Shown: piece after piece, positions 52,785 through 62,331 of the stretch
Numbering within the stretch: the stretch's first letter is position 1
Layout: each line of letters begins with the position of its first letter
NCBI GenBank assembly: GCA_963849405.1
Contig: CAWKHG010000006.1
Coordinates: 206,891-270,890 of the forward strand
Length of the DNA: 64,000 bases
Source of the DNA: an uncultured Chloroflexia bacterium
GTDB lineage: Bacteria; Chloroflexota; Limnocylindria; Limnocylindrales; CSP1-4
Reading direction: 5' to 3'
Translations under genes and position numbers: made by a program
The notes under the pieces: generated by a model
What the model was told of the DNA's origin: nothing
Database searches by the model: none
Seen by the model: the letters and a program-made list of their open reading frames with translations, nothing else

Positions 52785-54114
52785 CTCGCGGGAGTCGCGG
52801 AGCTCCCGTTCGAGAGGCGATCGCCGCCGCATGCATCCGGCGCCGGGCGATCCGGGCGACCAGGCGGCGCCGGCGATGGGCGAGGTCGGTCTCCAGGTTC
52901 GGCATGGGCCGCCCGATCGACCGCGCCCGGTCGGCCAGCTCGCGTGCCCGCTCGACGGCCGCCAGGGCACCCACCGGGTCCGCCCAGCGGTGCTCGAGCG
53001 CCTTGGCGACTTCGACGAGGGCGATCCCGGCGCATGGTCCGCCCGCGGTCGCGAGCTCGCGCCAGGCGGCCAGCGCCTCGCCGGCCCGGCCGAGGCGACG
53101 CAGCGTGCGCGCCCGCTCGATGGTCACGGCCTCCCGGGCTCGCCGCGTGACCGGATCGCCGGCGACCGTTGGCGCGATCCGGCCGAGCGCCGCGTCCAGG
53201 CAGGCGAGGGCGTCGCCGTGGCGCCGGGCGGACCGATAGACCCGGCCGAGCCCGAGGAGATCGCCGGCGGGGGTGGCGGCCCGGCCGGCCGGATCGGCGA
53301 GCGTCGTCGCGACGTGACCGAGGAGACCGGCGAGCGATGCGATGTCGAGCTCGTTGTGCCGTACGACGTCGGCCAGCGGCGTGGCGGGGCCGCCGCGCAG
53401 GAAGTCCAGGTAGCGGCCGGGGATCTCCCAGCCGTCCACGTCGCCGATCCGCCGGATGCCCAGCAGGCCGCGCTCGACCGAGCGGAGCCGGGCGTCCTCG
53501 AGCCGATGGCGGAAGACGCGGCGCACGAACGGCAGCAGGTCCAGGTGCCCTGCCAGGCGTGGCGCCGATCGCCGGTCCATCCGGTAGCGCGCCTCGAGCA
53601 GCGGCCAGTCGAAGCCGCGCCCGTTGTACGTGACGAGCCAGCCATCGAGGGGCAGGATCTCGGCCAGGGCGGCCAGGAGGGCCGGCTCGTCGGAGTGGTC
53701 GGGCAGGAGCAGTTGGACCTGGTCGAAGGAGTCGCCGCTCCAGCGACCCACGCCGACGAGGAACGCGACCGTGCCGGCCGCGGTCGCGAGGCCGGTCGTC
53801 TCGGTGTCGAGGCAGACCAGCGGCACGCCGGCTCCCGGCCAGCCCGGCAGGCGTTCCAGGCCGAGCCGGTCCAGGGGCGCCACCACGGAACGGACATCGC
53901 GCCGGACGACGCGGCCGCGGTCTGTCTCCACGACCACGCCACCGATCGCCCGGGCGAGTCGCTCTGCCAGGTCGCCGGACCGGTCTCGTGGGGCGATGGT
54001 CCGAGGTCCTTCGAGAGGCTCGCGCGGGACCGCCTCCCGTCGGTCGCGGAGGGCCGCGAGCCGGCGCTGGAGGAGCGCCCCGGGGCTGCGCTCGCGGAGC
54101 CCCGCGTCGCTCAC
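52747..54114 (-). CDS. RNase H-fold 3'-5' exonuclease-like protein (YprB/MrfB-like) with helical-repeat C-terminus
   Basis: GTG 54114 overlaps the upstream stop (GTGA). ..LVCLDTETTGL.., ..WLVTYNGRGFDWPLL.. and ..VRHNELDIASL.. are DEDD-type residues. A C-terminal Ala/Arg-rich TPR-like region follows. This is the tail of ORF 52747..55917. Confidence 0.75.
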   Translation of the reverse strand: MSDAGLRERSPGALLQRRLAALRDRREAVPREPLEGPRTIAPRDRSGDLAERLARAIGGVVVETDRGRVVRRDVRSVVAPLDRLGLERLPGWPGAGVPLVCLDTETTGLATAAGTVAFLVGVGRWSGDSFDQVQLLLPDHSDEPALLAALAEILPLDGWLVTYNGRGFDWPLLEARYRMDRRSAPRLAGHLDLLPFVRRVFRHRLEDARLRSVERGLLGIRRIGDVDGWEIPGRYLDFLRGGPATPLADVVRHNELDIASLAGLLGHVATTLADPAGRAATPAGDLLGLGRVYRSARRHGDALACLDAALGRIAPTVAGDPVTRRAREAVTIERARTLRRLGRAGEALAAWRELATAGGPCAGIALVEVAKALEHRWADPVGALAAVERARELADRARSIGRPMPNLETDLAHRRRRLVARIARRRMHAAAIASRTGAPRLPRVSPERQAEPVVA

Positions 54115-56450
54115 CGGGCGACACCCTCCGGGACCGGGTCGGGCTCGACGGACAGGTCCGGCGCCCCCGGTCCGGCGGCCAGCTGGGCGAGGAGCCGGAG
54201 GGCCAGCGCCTTCGCATCGATGTCCGGCTCCAGGCGCGGGCCGGTGCAGGCCGGGCAGCCGCCGTCGCAGGAGCACGCGACGATGAGCTCCGTCGCCCCG
54301 GCGATCAGCTCGACGTGGCGGTCGTACAGGCGCTCGGAGAGGCCGATCCCGCCGGGCACGGCCTCGTACAGGTAGATCGTGGGGGCCTCGTGGTGCGGCG
54401 AGCGGACCTGGGAGACGAGGCCCAGGTCGCGCGGGTCGACCATGAGCAGCACGCTGGCGACGGTCTGGATGGCCCGTCCGGCGCCCATGAGCGCGATGTC
54501 GAGCTCGTTGCGCCGCCAGCCCGCGCCGGCACCCTCGGCCGTCAGCCAGTAGGCGGTCGTCTGGAGCTCGAGCTCCGGCAGGTCGATGGGTCCCCAGCCC
54601 ACGTTCTCGTCGGTCACGAACTTGAGCTTCTTGAAGAGGGTGACAAGGCTGGCGACCATGACCTCGCCGTGGACCCGCCGCCCGCCCGGCGCCGGTGCCT
54701 CCGCGAAGATCTCCAGGGGCTTGAGGGTCACCGCCCGGTTCGCGTACGTGTAGTGGTCGACGTCGACGCGGTGGACGTAGGCCTTCTTCTCGCCCCAGTC
54801 GAGCCGGTCGACGTAGTACTGCAGCGACTCGTGGATGTAGATCGCCCGCTCGTGGACGAGGACCTGCGCCGAGAACAGGTCGACCTCGCCGAGGACGCGC
54901 GGCCGGTCCGGGGTCGTGTCGATGATGACGACGTTCTCGGGGGCGGCCGTGCGGAGCGAGATCTCCGAGGCCGGGAAGTTCTCGGAGCTCCAGTACCAGC
55001 GCCCGTCGCCGGCCTGCCGGACGTGCCCTTCCTCGGCCAGGAAGGCGAGCAGGTCGTCCGCCGGCGCGGGGCCGAAGACCTCGCCCGGCTCGAACGGCAG
55101 CTCGAACGTCGCCGCCCGCAGGTGCGCCAGGAGGATGTGCAGGTTGTCGGGGTCCACCCGGGCTTCCTCGGGCGTGTGCTCGAGGAGGTAGTCCGGGTGA
55201 TGGATCACGTACTGGTCCACGGGCGAGGCGGAGGCCACGAGGACCGCGACGCTGGCCGCGCCGCGCCGGCCGGCCCGGCCCATCTGCTGCCAGGTCGCCG
55301 CGATCGAGCCGGGATAGCCGGCCAGGATCGCCGCGTCCAGGCGGCCGATATCGACTCCGAGCTCGAGGGCATTCGTGCTGACCACGCCGAGGACCTCGCC
55401 GTCGCGGAGGCCGCGCTCGATCGCCCGCCGTTCCGTCGGGAGGTAGCCGCCCCGATAGCCGCGCAGCCGAGACCGGGGCCCGAAGCTCTCGCGCAGCGAT
55501 TCGCGCAGACCCGTGAGCAGCAGCTCGACGGAGGTCCGCGACCGGCCGAACACGACCGTCTGGCGCCCGGCTCGCAGGAACGGCAGGGCCCAGCGCTGGG
55601 CGAGGGTCAGCGCCGACCCGCGGGCGCCGGTGGAGCCGTCGAGGATCGGCGGGTCGACGAGCAGGATGTGGCGCTCGCCGGCGGGCGCCCCGTTGCGGTC
55701 CACAAGCCGCGTCGGGCGCCCGGTAAGCGCACTGGCAAGCTCGGACGGGTTCCCGATCGTCGCGGAACAGCACACGATGATCGGCCGGCTGCCGTAATGG
55801 GCGCACAGGCGCAGGAGCCGGCGGAGGACGTTCGCGACGTGGCTGCCGAAGACCCCGCGGTACGAATGCAGCTCGTCGATGACGATGATCCGGAGCTGCT
55901 CGAAGAGCTGGAACCACTTCGTGTGGTGGGGCAGGATCGCCGAGTGGAGCATGTCCGGGTTGGTCACCACGACCTGTCCCGCGCCCCGGATCGCGGACCG
56001 GATGGGCGCCGGCGTGTCGCCGTCATAGGTCGCGGCGGACACCGTCAGGCCGGCCGCGCGCGAGAGCTCGGTGAACTCGGCGACCTGGTCCTGGCCGAGG
56101 GCCTTGGTGGGGAAGATGTAGAGCGCCCGGGCGGCCGGGTCGTCCGCGATCGCCTGCAGGGTGGGGATCGTGTAGCACAGGGTCTTGCCCGATGCCGTCG
56201 GGGTGACGACGACGACATCGCTGCCGGCCCGGATCGACTCGAGGGCCTCGGCCTGGTGGACGTACAGCCGCTCGATGCCACGCGCCGCGAGCCCGACGCG
56301 GATCCGTTCGTCGATCCAGTCGGGCAGGGGAGCGAAGGTGCCGGCCCGCGCCGGCAGGACGGCGTGGTGGACGACGCCCCGGGCGAGCGATGGTTCGGCA
56401 AGGAGATCGCGCAGGACCGTCGGCGTGTCGCGGGGGGCGTACGTGCGCAT
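54111..56450 (-). CDS. DEAD/DEAH-box helicase with C-terminal DUF1998 (YprA/MrfA-like)
   Basis: Intact 779-aa ORF with TPTASGKT (motif I), VIDELH (II), CSATIGN (III) and ..GRAGRRG.. (VI). The C-terminal Cys cluster is CSCDGGCPACTG. Confidence 0.9.
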   Translation of the reverse strand: MRTYAPRDTPTVLRDLLAEPSLARGVVHHAVLPARAGTFAPLPDWIDERIRVGLAARGIERLYVHQAEALESIRAGSDVVVVTPTASGKTLCYTIPTLQAIADDPAARALYIFPTKALGQDQVAEFTELSRAAGLTVSAATYDGDTPAPIRSAIRGAGQVVVTNPDMLHSAILPHHTKWFQLFEQLRIIVIDELHSYRGVFGSHVANVLRRLLRLCAHYGSRPIIVCCSATIGNPSELASALTGRPTRLVDRNGAPAGERHILLVDPPILDGSTGARGSALTLAQRWALPFLRAGRQTVVFGRSRTSVELLLTGLRESLRESFGPRSRLRGYRGGYLPTERRAIERGLRDGEVLGVVSTNALELGVDIGRLDAAILAGYPGSIAATWQQMGRAGRRGAASVAVLVASASPVDQYVIHHPDYLLEHTPEEARVDPDNLHILLAHLRAATFELPFEPGEVFGPAPADDLLAFLAEEGHVRQAGDGRWYWSSENFPASEISLRTAAPENVVIIDTTPDRPRVLGEVDLFSAQVLVHERAIYIHESLQYYVDRLDWGEKKAYVHRVDVDHYTYANRAVTLKPLEIFAEAPAPGGRRVHGEVMVASLVTLFKKLKFVTDENVGWGPIDLPELELQTTAYWLTAEGAGAGWRRNELDIALMGAGRAIQTVASVLLMVDPRDLGLVSQVRSPHHEAPTIYLYEAVPGGIGLSERLYDRHVELIAGATELIVACSCDGGCPACTGPRLEPDIDAKALALRLLAQLAAGPGAPDLSVEPDPVPEGVAR

Positions 56451-56470
56451 GGCTACCTCGGCCGCAGGAT

Positions 56471-56488
56471 ACAGAACGCCTGTTCTGT
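56471..56488. promoter_or_regulatory. SOS-box-like palindrome ACAGAAC-N4-GTTCTGT upstream of the helicase-exonuclease operon
   Basis: Perfect 7-bp inverted arms around GCCT. The core GAAC-N4-GTTC matches the Gram-positive/actinobacterial LexA-box core. It lies 21-38 nt upstream of the start at 56450. Confidence 0.6.
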
Positions 56489-56552
56489 TCGCGACAGTGT
56501 ACCCAGCATGTCCAGACCGAGTGACAGCTACCTTGGCACGGGTCCGTCCGGT

Positions 56553-56581
56553 TTGACACGCTAGCTGCCCACAGCTACCAT
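56553..56581 (+). promoter_or_regulatory. sigma-70-type promoter TTGACA-17 nt-TACCAT ending 7 nt before ATG 56589 (leaderless)
   Basis: The sequence reads gtTTGACAcgctagctgcccacagcTACCATcggccgaATG. It has a perfect -35 and a 17-nt spacer. There is no SD. Confidence 0.55.
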
Positions 56582-56588
56582 CGGCCGA

Positions 56589-57105
56589 ATGGACGTCCGC
56601 CGGCGCGCGCTGCCGCCCGATCTCGACGACGAGCTCGCCGACGATCTCGAGGCATTCGACGACCGCGGCGACTACGAGCCCCGCTACCGGCCCTCACTCG
56701 ACGGCTTGTCGCTCGCCGGCATCACCCGCCGCCGGATCGGCTGGCTCGCGGTGGCTTTCCTCAGCGCCTGGATCCTCCTGGTGTTCGCGCGGCAGGTCGC
56801 CGACACGGCGGCCAAGGCGGCGGAGGCCGATCGCGCCCGGGTCGCCAACGCCCAGGTGGCGCCAGACCGTCGCGGACCTCCAGCGCGAGTTCACGCTGAT
56901 CCAGCAGCCGGCGTTCATCACCCAGCAGGCCCACGGCCTGGGTCTCGGCGGCGAGAACGACCACGCCTTCGTCCTGGCCCCCGACGCCCCGCCCCTCGCC
57001 GACGATGCGCCCGGATCGGCGGCGGTCCGCCTGGGTGGTGAGGTCGAGGCTCCGAGCCCGCTCGACTCGTGGCTGTCGGTCCTGTTCGGACCGCCCGACA
57101 AGTAG
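56589..57105 (+). CDS. septum-formation-initiator-like (FtsB/DivIC-type) membrane protein (1 apparent frameshift)
   Basis: A single TM (IGWLAVAFLSAWILLVFA) is followed by a coiled-coil-like ..TAAKAAEADRARVANAQVA.. and then, in another frame, ..TVADLQREFTLIQQPAFITQQAHGLGL.. to TAG 57103..57105. The frame break is near 56862. Confidence 0.6.
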
Positions 57106-57121
57106 CCGGACCGGCCGCGCC

Positions 57122-57562
57122 CTAGGTCGCCGAGGGCTCCCCGGGAGCCGGCCCAGCCCGCCCAGCCGGATCGGGGGACGCCGCGTCCGTCACGTTCTTC
57201 AAGGGCCGCGTCGCGCCGAAGGCCGACGGGTCGATCACCTCCGTCGGCGGGTCGATGTACCGGCGCAGGAGCCGACGGCCGACCCGGGTCGCCACCCATC
57301 CAGCCGGCATGAAGCGGATCGGCAGGAACACGAGGCTTGCGTCGGCGAGCTCGCGCGTGGCCGGATGACGCACCGCGTCGCGAAGCAAGCCCTTTGCGTG
57401 GGCCGGCGACTTCAGGTCACGAAGCAGGCCGGCCCGGTCGGTCGACGCGCGCCGGGCGATGTCGCGCAGGGCAGGCGACTGGGCGGCGGCGAGGACGGCC
57501 CGCCGGGTCTCGGGCAGGGTCGCGATCCGCGCCAGGCGGATCAGTCGAGTGAAGGACGGCAT
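57122..57562 (-). CDS. hypothetical protein
   Basis: ATG 57562 is preceded by AGGAG (5-nt spacer), inside ORF 57122..57694. It begins MPSFTRLIRLARIATLPETRR... No family recognised. Confidence 0.45.
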   Translation of the reverse strand: MPSFTRLIRLARIATLPETRRAVLAAAQSPALRDIARRASTDRAGLLRDLKSPAHAKGLLRDAVRHPATRELADASLVFLPIRFMPAGWVATRVGRRLLRRYIDPPTEVIDPSAFGATRPLKNVTDAASPDPAGRAGPAPGEPSAT

Positions 57563-57799
57563 GGGACTCCTGGATGACTGGACCCCGATTCTCGCGGGGC
57601 CGGTGATCCTCCGGTCATCCCGAACGCGTGCCGCCGTTGCAGCGACATCACGAAGCGCGACCGGAAGCGCCGAGGGGTTGTCGCGAGCCTGCAAGAGGTT
57701 GGCGCGGAGAGCGCATCAGGTTGATCGTCGGGCGTGGGTACCGTCCGTGGATCGCAGCCCATTCCTCGAAACAAGCGCCCACCCGGAGGTCCGCGCCCG

Positions 57800-58913
57800 A
57801 TGACGATCCTCATCTCGATCTTCGGCTTTGCCGGGAGGATCGCCGGCGACCTGCTGACCTCGGCCCTTGGCTGGGCGAGCAGCCTGCTCTTCGGCCGAGT
57901 GCCGCGGTCCCACAAGGGCTACCTCGTCCTGATGATGGCCCTGTCGTTCCTGTGGGTGCTGTTCGTCCTGGCCCTCCTCGATCCCGACCATCACGTCCGT
58001 CCTGCTGGCCACGACGCCGCGCCCGCCCTTCGTGGACCGGCTCCCGCTGGGCATCATCCTGCTGCTCGGTGCGATCTTCCTGCCCATGCTGGTCGGTCTC
58101 GCCGGATACCTCGTCCCGGCTGAAGGCGAGCGTCGAAGCGGCCTGACGGCGCCACTCCGCGAGGTCCTGCGCGGCTACCTCCTTGCCCCGTTGATCGCCG
58201 GCCTCCTCGTCTTCCTGGCGATCGTCGGGATCGCCCGCAAGATCCGGAGCAAGCGCCATGGCTGGGCGGACGACCACGTGCCGATCGTCGTCAAGCCAGG
58301 CGGCTATGACCGCCTCGTCGACGACCTGCGAGGGGCACTGACCTCGGAGGGCATCCCGGCCGACACCGAGGACGCTCCGTGGGTCCTGACGATGCCCGCC
58401 CGGCTGCTCACGAGCGTGGCCGGGTCCAATGTCCGCAAGCTCCGCCCGGACCGCCTGGTGAACCTCGTCACGCCCGAGCTGCGGATCGGCGTCTATCCAT
58501 CCGACATCGCGATCTCCGGTCCGGCCCGCGAGCGGACGCGGGCGCGTGCGGCCATCATCAGCCGCTTCGCCACGACGGCCGCCCATCTGACGACGAGTGC
58601 GGAGGCGCAGGCGGTCGAGGATCGGATCGAGAAGGTCGCGCGGTCGGGAGTCTCTCCGAACGCGATGCCCCCCGGCGCGCTGCAGGCCCCGTTCCGTGAG
58701 ATCGACCAGAAGCTCCTGGAGCTCGAGGTCCCCACCGACGAGTGGGACATCCTCTATCGGTTGCGCGTGCAGGTGGAGCGCGACCTCCTGGCAGGTACCG
58801 GCCAGGAGACGGCGATCCAGGGCGCCCACGCAGGCCAGTCGCTCGCCGTGGCCTCGCGTGCCGAGGCCGGCGAGGCCGCGGTCGGCCGAGCCGAGAAGGC
58901 GGTCGCGACGTGA
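57800..58913 (+). CDS. hypothetical multi-pass membrane protein with soluble C-terminal domain (1 apparent frameshift)
   Basis: ATG 57800 is preceded by GGAGG. ORF 57734..58123 joins ORF 58032..58913 near 57980. About 4 TM helices are followed by a ~230-aa domain (..HGWADDHVPIVVKPGGYDRLVDDLR..). The stop overlaps the next gene's GTG. Confidence 0.6.
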
Positions 58914-59668
58914 CCCGCGACGGCGAGTTGCGCCTCGACGCCATCAGCCGGCCCGACCAGAGCGTGAGTGGCGCGAAGGCCCGCGATGAGGCCCGCGGGC
59001 ACCTGAGCCTGGCGTGGCTGATCATCGCGATCCTGAGCCTCGTCGCCTTTGCGGCCCTCACCATCGCGGTCGGCAGCAAGGTCGCGTTCGGGTTCGACAC
59101 CCCGCTGCTGAAGCTCGCCCACAGCTATGACAGCACGCCTCTCATCTGGCAGGTCATCTCGGAAACCGCCAACATCCCGCTGATCGTGATCGGGCTCGGG
59201 TTCGTCGCCTGGCTGTTCTTCACGAAGCGTCGCAGGGAGGCCCTCCTGGTGCTCCTGATGCTGGCCGCGGTGACGGCGGGCAGCGAAGGGATCAAGCAGC
59301 TGGTCGGCCGGCCACGGCCCGATACCGGCACCGCGGACGGGATCCCCGGGGTCGTGTACAGCTACCCCTCGGGGCACGTGCTCGAGGCCCTGACCATCCT
59401 CGGGTTCGTCACCCTGCGGGTCTGGCGGCACGTGCGGTCGATCGCGATCCGCCTGGCCGTGGCCATCGCGGTGGTCATCGACGTCGTGGCCGTCGGATTC
59501 GCCCGGATGGTCCTCAACGCGCACTACCCGACCGATATCCTCGCGGGCTTCCTGGGCGCCGTCGGCGCGCTGGGCCTGTACATGTGGTTCACGCGACCGG
59601 GCGCCTGGGCGGATCAGTCCGCGGACGAGTCATCCGGCGACCGGCAGCGAGAAGGCGCTACTGCGTGA
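58910..59668 (+). CDS. PAP2-superfamily lipid phosphatase
   Basis: The GTG overlaps the upstream TGA (GTGA). PAP2 motifs are KQLVGRPRP, YPSGH and SRMV-like ARMVLNAHYPTD. Confidence 0.85.
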   Translation: MTRDGELRLDAISRPDQSVSGAKARDEARGHLSLAWLIIAILSLVAFAALTIAVGSKVAFGFDTPLLKLAHSYDSTPLIWQVISETANIPLIVIGLGFVAWLFFTKRRREALLVLLMLAAVTAGSEGIKQLVGRPRPDTGTADGIPGVVYSYPSGHVLEALTILGFVTLRVWRHVRSIAIRLAVAIAVVIDVVAVGFARMVLNAHYPTDILAGFLGAVGALGLYMWFTRPGAWADQSADESSGDRQREGATA

Positions 59669-61336
59669 TCCTCGGCAGCGACGTCAGCGTGAGGTCCGCG
59701 GCGATCTTGACCTCGGTGCCCTCTTCGTGCTCGTCCGAGGCTGCGGTCCATTCCGCGCGCTCGAGGCGCGCCCGCGCCGTCTGCCCGTCGAACGTGATAC
59801 TGCCCACCATGTTCCCGAAGTGCGGCCCGGTCGGGTGATGCCAGTGGATGGGCAGCGGCGGGACCCTGGTGAGCCGGTCCAGCCCCCGGACGATGCGCTC
59901 GACCGTGTTGCTCCAGCCCAGGTGGAAGACGAGCCGCATGAACGGATTGATCGTGTTGTGGATCGGCGAGCAGGTGATCTGGAAGACACGCGACGTGAGC
60001 GGCTTCTCGTAGTCGGCCTCGGAGATGTAGCTGTGGTGGACGTCGCCGGACAGCACCGTGATGGTCGCCGGGGCTCCCCGCCATGCTCGCCCCGTCCGAC
60101 ACGCGCGAACAGGGCCGCGAGCCGGTCGAAAGACGTCCGGAAGGCCGCCCAGTGCTCCAGGTCCACCGCTCGACGGACCCATTCGCCACTCCGGGCGAAG
60201 AACCGGCCACGCGAGCCGGCGCAGAGCGCCTCGTTCCACGACTCGACATCGTGGAGGGCGCGGGGCAGGAGCCAGGGCATCGAGGTGACGACGACGAGGT
60301 GCTCGAAGGTTCCGTCGTCGACCTGGTTTTCGACCCACTCGAACTCGGGGTCGCTGATCATGGACCGGCGCCCATCCGCCAGCACCCGGCCGCAGCGGGA
60401 ATCGATGACGAGCATCCTGACCTGGCCGAGATCGCGCCGGTACGACCACATGGTGCCCTTGGCCCCATCGGCTTCGCGGTCGGCGGCCTGCGCGAAGGAC
60501 CGCAGGACGGGCTCGGCGTCCGGCACGCTGCGCACGGCCTCGTAGATCTCGCTCGCGGCCAGACCGGCGGGTGCGAGGTTGCCAAGGTGCTGGTAGATCC
60601 AGTAGGACATGAGGGCGCCGGTGATGCGCTCCTCCCACCACTCGGTCTTCTGCATGTCCCGGCGCCAGTCGTCGGACGTGTTCCAGTCGTCCCGGACGTC
60701 GTGATCGTCGAAGATCATGGCCGTGGGCAGCGTCGAGAGCAGCCAGCGCACGGTGGGGTCCCCCCACGACTCGTGATAGAGCCTCGTGTACTCCTCGAAG
60801 TCGGCGACCTGGTTGCCCGGACCTTTCTTGATGTCCCGGCGGCTCTTGATGAACTCCCGCATCGCGGGCGACGTGTCGTCGGCGTAGACCTGGTCGCCCA
60901 TCAGGACGAGCACATCGGGCCAGCGCTCGTGCTCCTGGCTGGTCATCCGCTGGGCGTACGCGACGAGCATGTCGGGGTCGACCAGGGCGCGGCCCTTCCG
61001 CTGGAGCGCCGGCGACTCGCGGCAGGACCCGAACAGCAGCGTGATCGGCCGGGTGGGGTCGACGGTCCGGATCCGGCTGGGCGGGAAGGGCGAGCCATCG
61101 AGCGGCCAGGCAGCCGAGCCGTCGAGCCTCACCTCATAGGGCGTGCTGGACCCGGCCGTCAGGCCGCCGAGCACGACCAGGGCGTAGTGGTGACCGGCGA
61201 CCGAGAACGTCCGCTCGCGACCGACGACGGTCCCCGCGCAGACCTCGACGGTGCACGGCCCGTCGGTCTCGACCCACACCGTGGCGTCGCGCTCTCCGAC
61301 GTGGCGCAGGACCGGGCCGAGGAGGAGGCTGACCAT
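59658..61336 (-). CDS. PhoD-like phosphatase / metallophosphoesterase (1 apparent frameshift)
   Basis: ORF 59684..61507 from ATG 61336 (MVSLLLGPVLRHV..; ..LLFGSCRE..; ..LMGDQVYADD..; ..IFDDHDVRDDWN..) joins ORF 59658..60767 (..VLSGDVHHSY..ITCSPIHN..). The frame break is near 60075. Confidence 0.85.
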
Positions 61337-61461
61337 TCGGAGGGTTGTATCACCTCCGCGGCCATCCGTGGCACGGCCGGACTGTGGCAGGTGGAGGCGG
61401 ACGCATTGCGCGCTCGTTGCAACGTGGCGACGCGGGTTCGCCCGGCAGCCCGGCGGGCGGC

Positions 61462-62331
61462 ATGACCGATCCACGCGACGCGGCCACCGCCGCCCGACCG
61501 CCGTCATCGGAGGTGGCTGGTTCGACGGTCGACGCCGGCACGACGACGGAGTCGGGTCCCCTCGGCCGGGTCGATCCCGTCGATCCGCTGCGACCCGCGA
61601 CGGTCCTCCGTCCTCCCATCGGCAAAGGCTCGGCTGTCCTCGTCGCCGGGTTCGCCGGCCTGATCGCCAGCCTCCTCGTCCTGGGCTCCATCGCCGAGGG
61701 AGTGCGCGCCCAGGAGGTCTTCGCCCTCGACAGCTGGGCCACGCCGTTCCTGCACGGGATCGCGTCGCCCGGGCTCGATTTCGTGATGTGGCGGTTGACC
61801 GACATCGGATCGAGCCTGGTGATCGTGCCCCTCTTCGCGCTGACGATCGCCCTCCTGATCCGCGGCCGCCGGTACGGGGCCGCCGTCTTCCTGGCCGTCG
61901 TGTGCGGCGGCAGTCTCGTCCTCAACGGGACCATGAAGGTCCTCTTCGAACGGCCCCGGCCGCAGCTCGACTACGCCCGGGTCCTGCCCGATTACAGCTT
62001 CCCCAGCGGCCACACGATGAATGCCCTGACCTTCTATGTCGCGCTGGCCCTCATCGCCTGGTCGGTGTTCGGGCGCCGCGTCGGCCTCACGGCGCTGGTC
62101 GTCGCCCTGCTGCTGGCGATCGGTGTCGGCGTGAGCCGGATCTACCTCGGATTCCACTACCTGACGGACGTGGCCGGCGGGATCTTCGCGGGGATCGCGT
62201 GGCTGCTCATCGTGGGCGCCGCGTTCCGTGTCCGGCCCAACTGGTGGTCGTGGGGCAGGGACCGCCACCCTGAGGTGGCGCCCACGAGGTCCGCTGCGTC
62301 GGGCGATGCGGGCTCGGCGGTCACCCGGTGA
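61462..62331 (+). CDS. PAP2-superfamily lipid phosphatase (second copy)
   Basis: ATG 61462 lies within ORF 61345..62331. PAP2 motifs are KVLFERPRP, FPSGH and SRIYLGFHYLTD. Confidence 0.85.
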   Translation: MTDPRDAATAARPPSSEVAGSTVDAGTTTESGPLGRVDPVDPLRPATVLRPPIGKGSAVLVAGFAGLIASLLVLGSIAEGVRAQEVFALDSWATPFLHGIASPGLDFVMWRLTDIGSSLVIVPLFALTIALLIRGRRYGAAVFLAVVCGGSLVLNGTMKVLFERPRPQLDYARVLPDYSFPSGHTMNALTFYVALALIAWSVFGRRVGLTALVVALLLAIGVGVSRIYLGFHYLTDVAGGIFAGIAWLLIVGAAFRVRPNWWSWGRDRHPEVAPTRSAASGDAGSAVTR

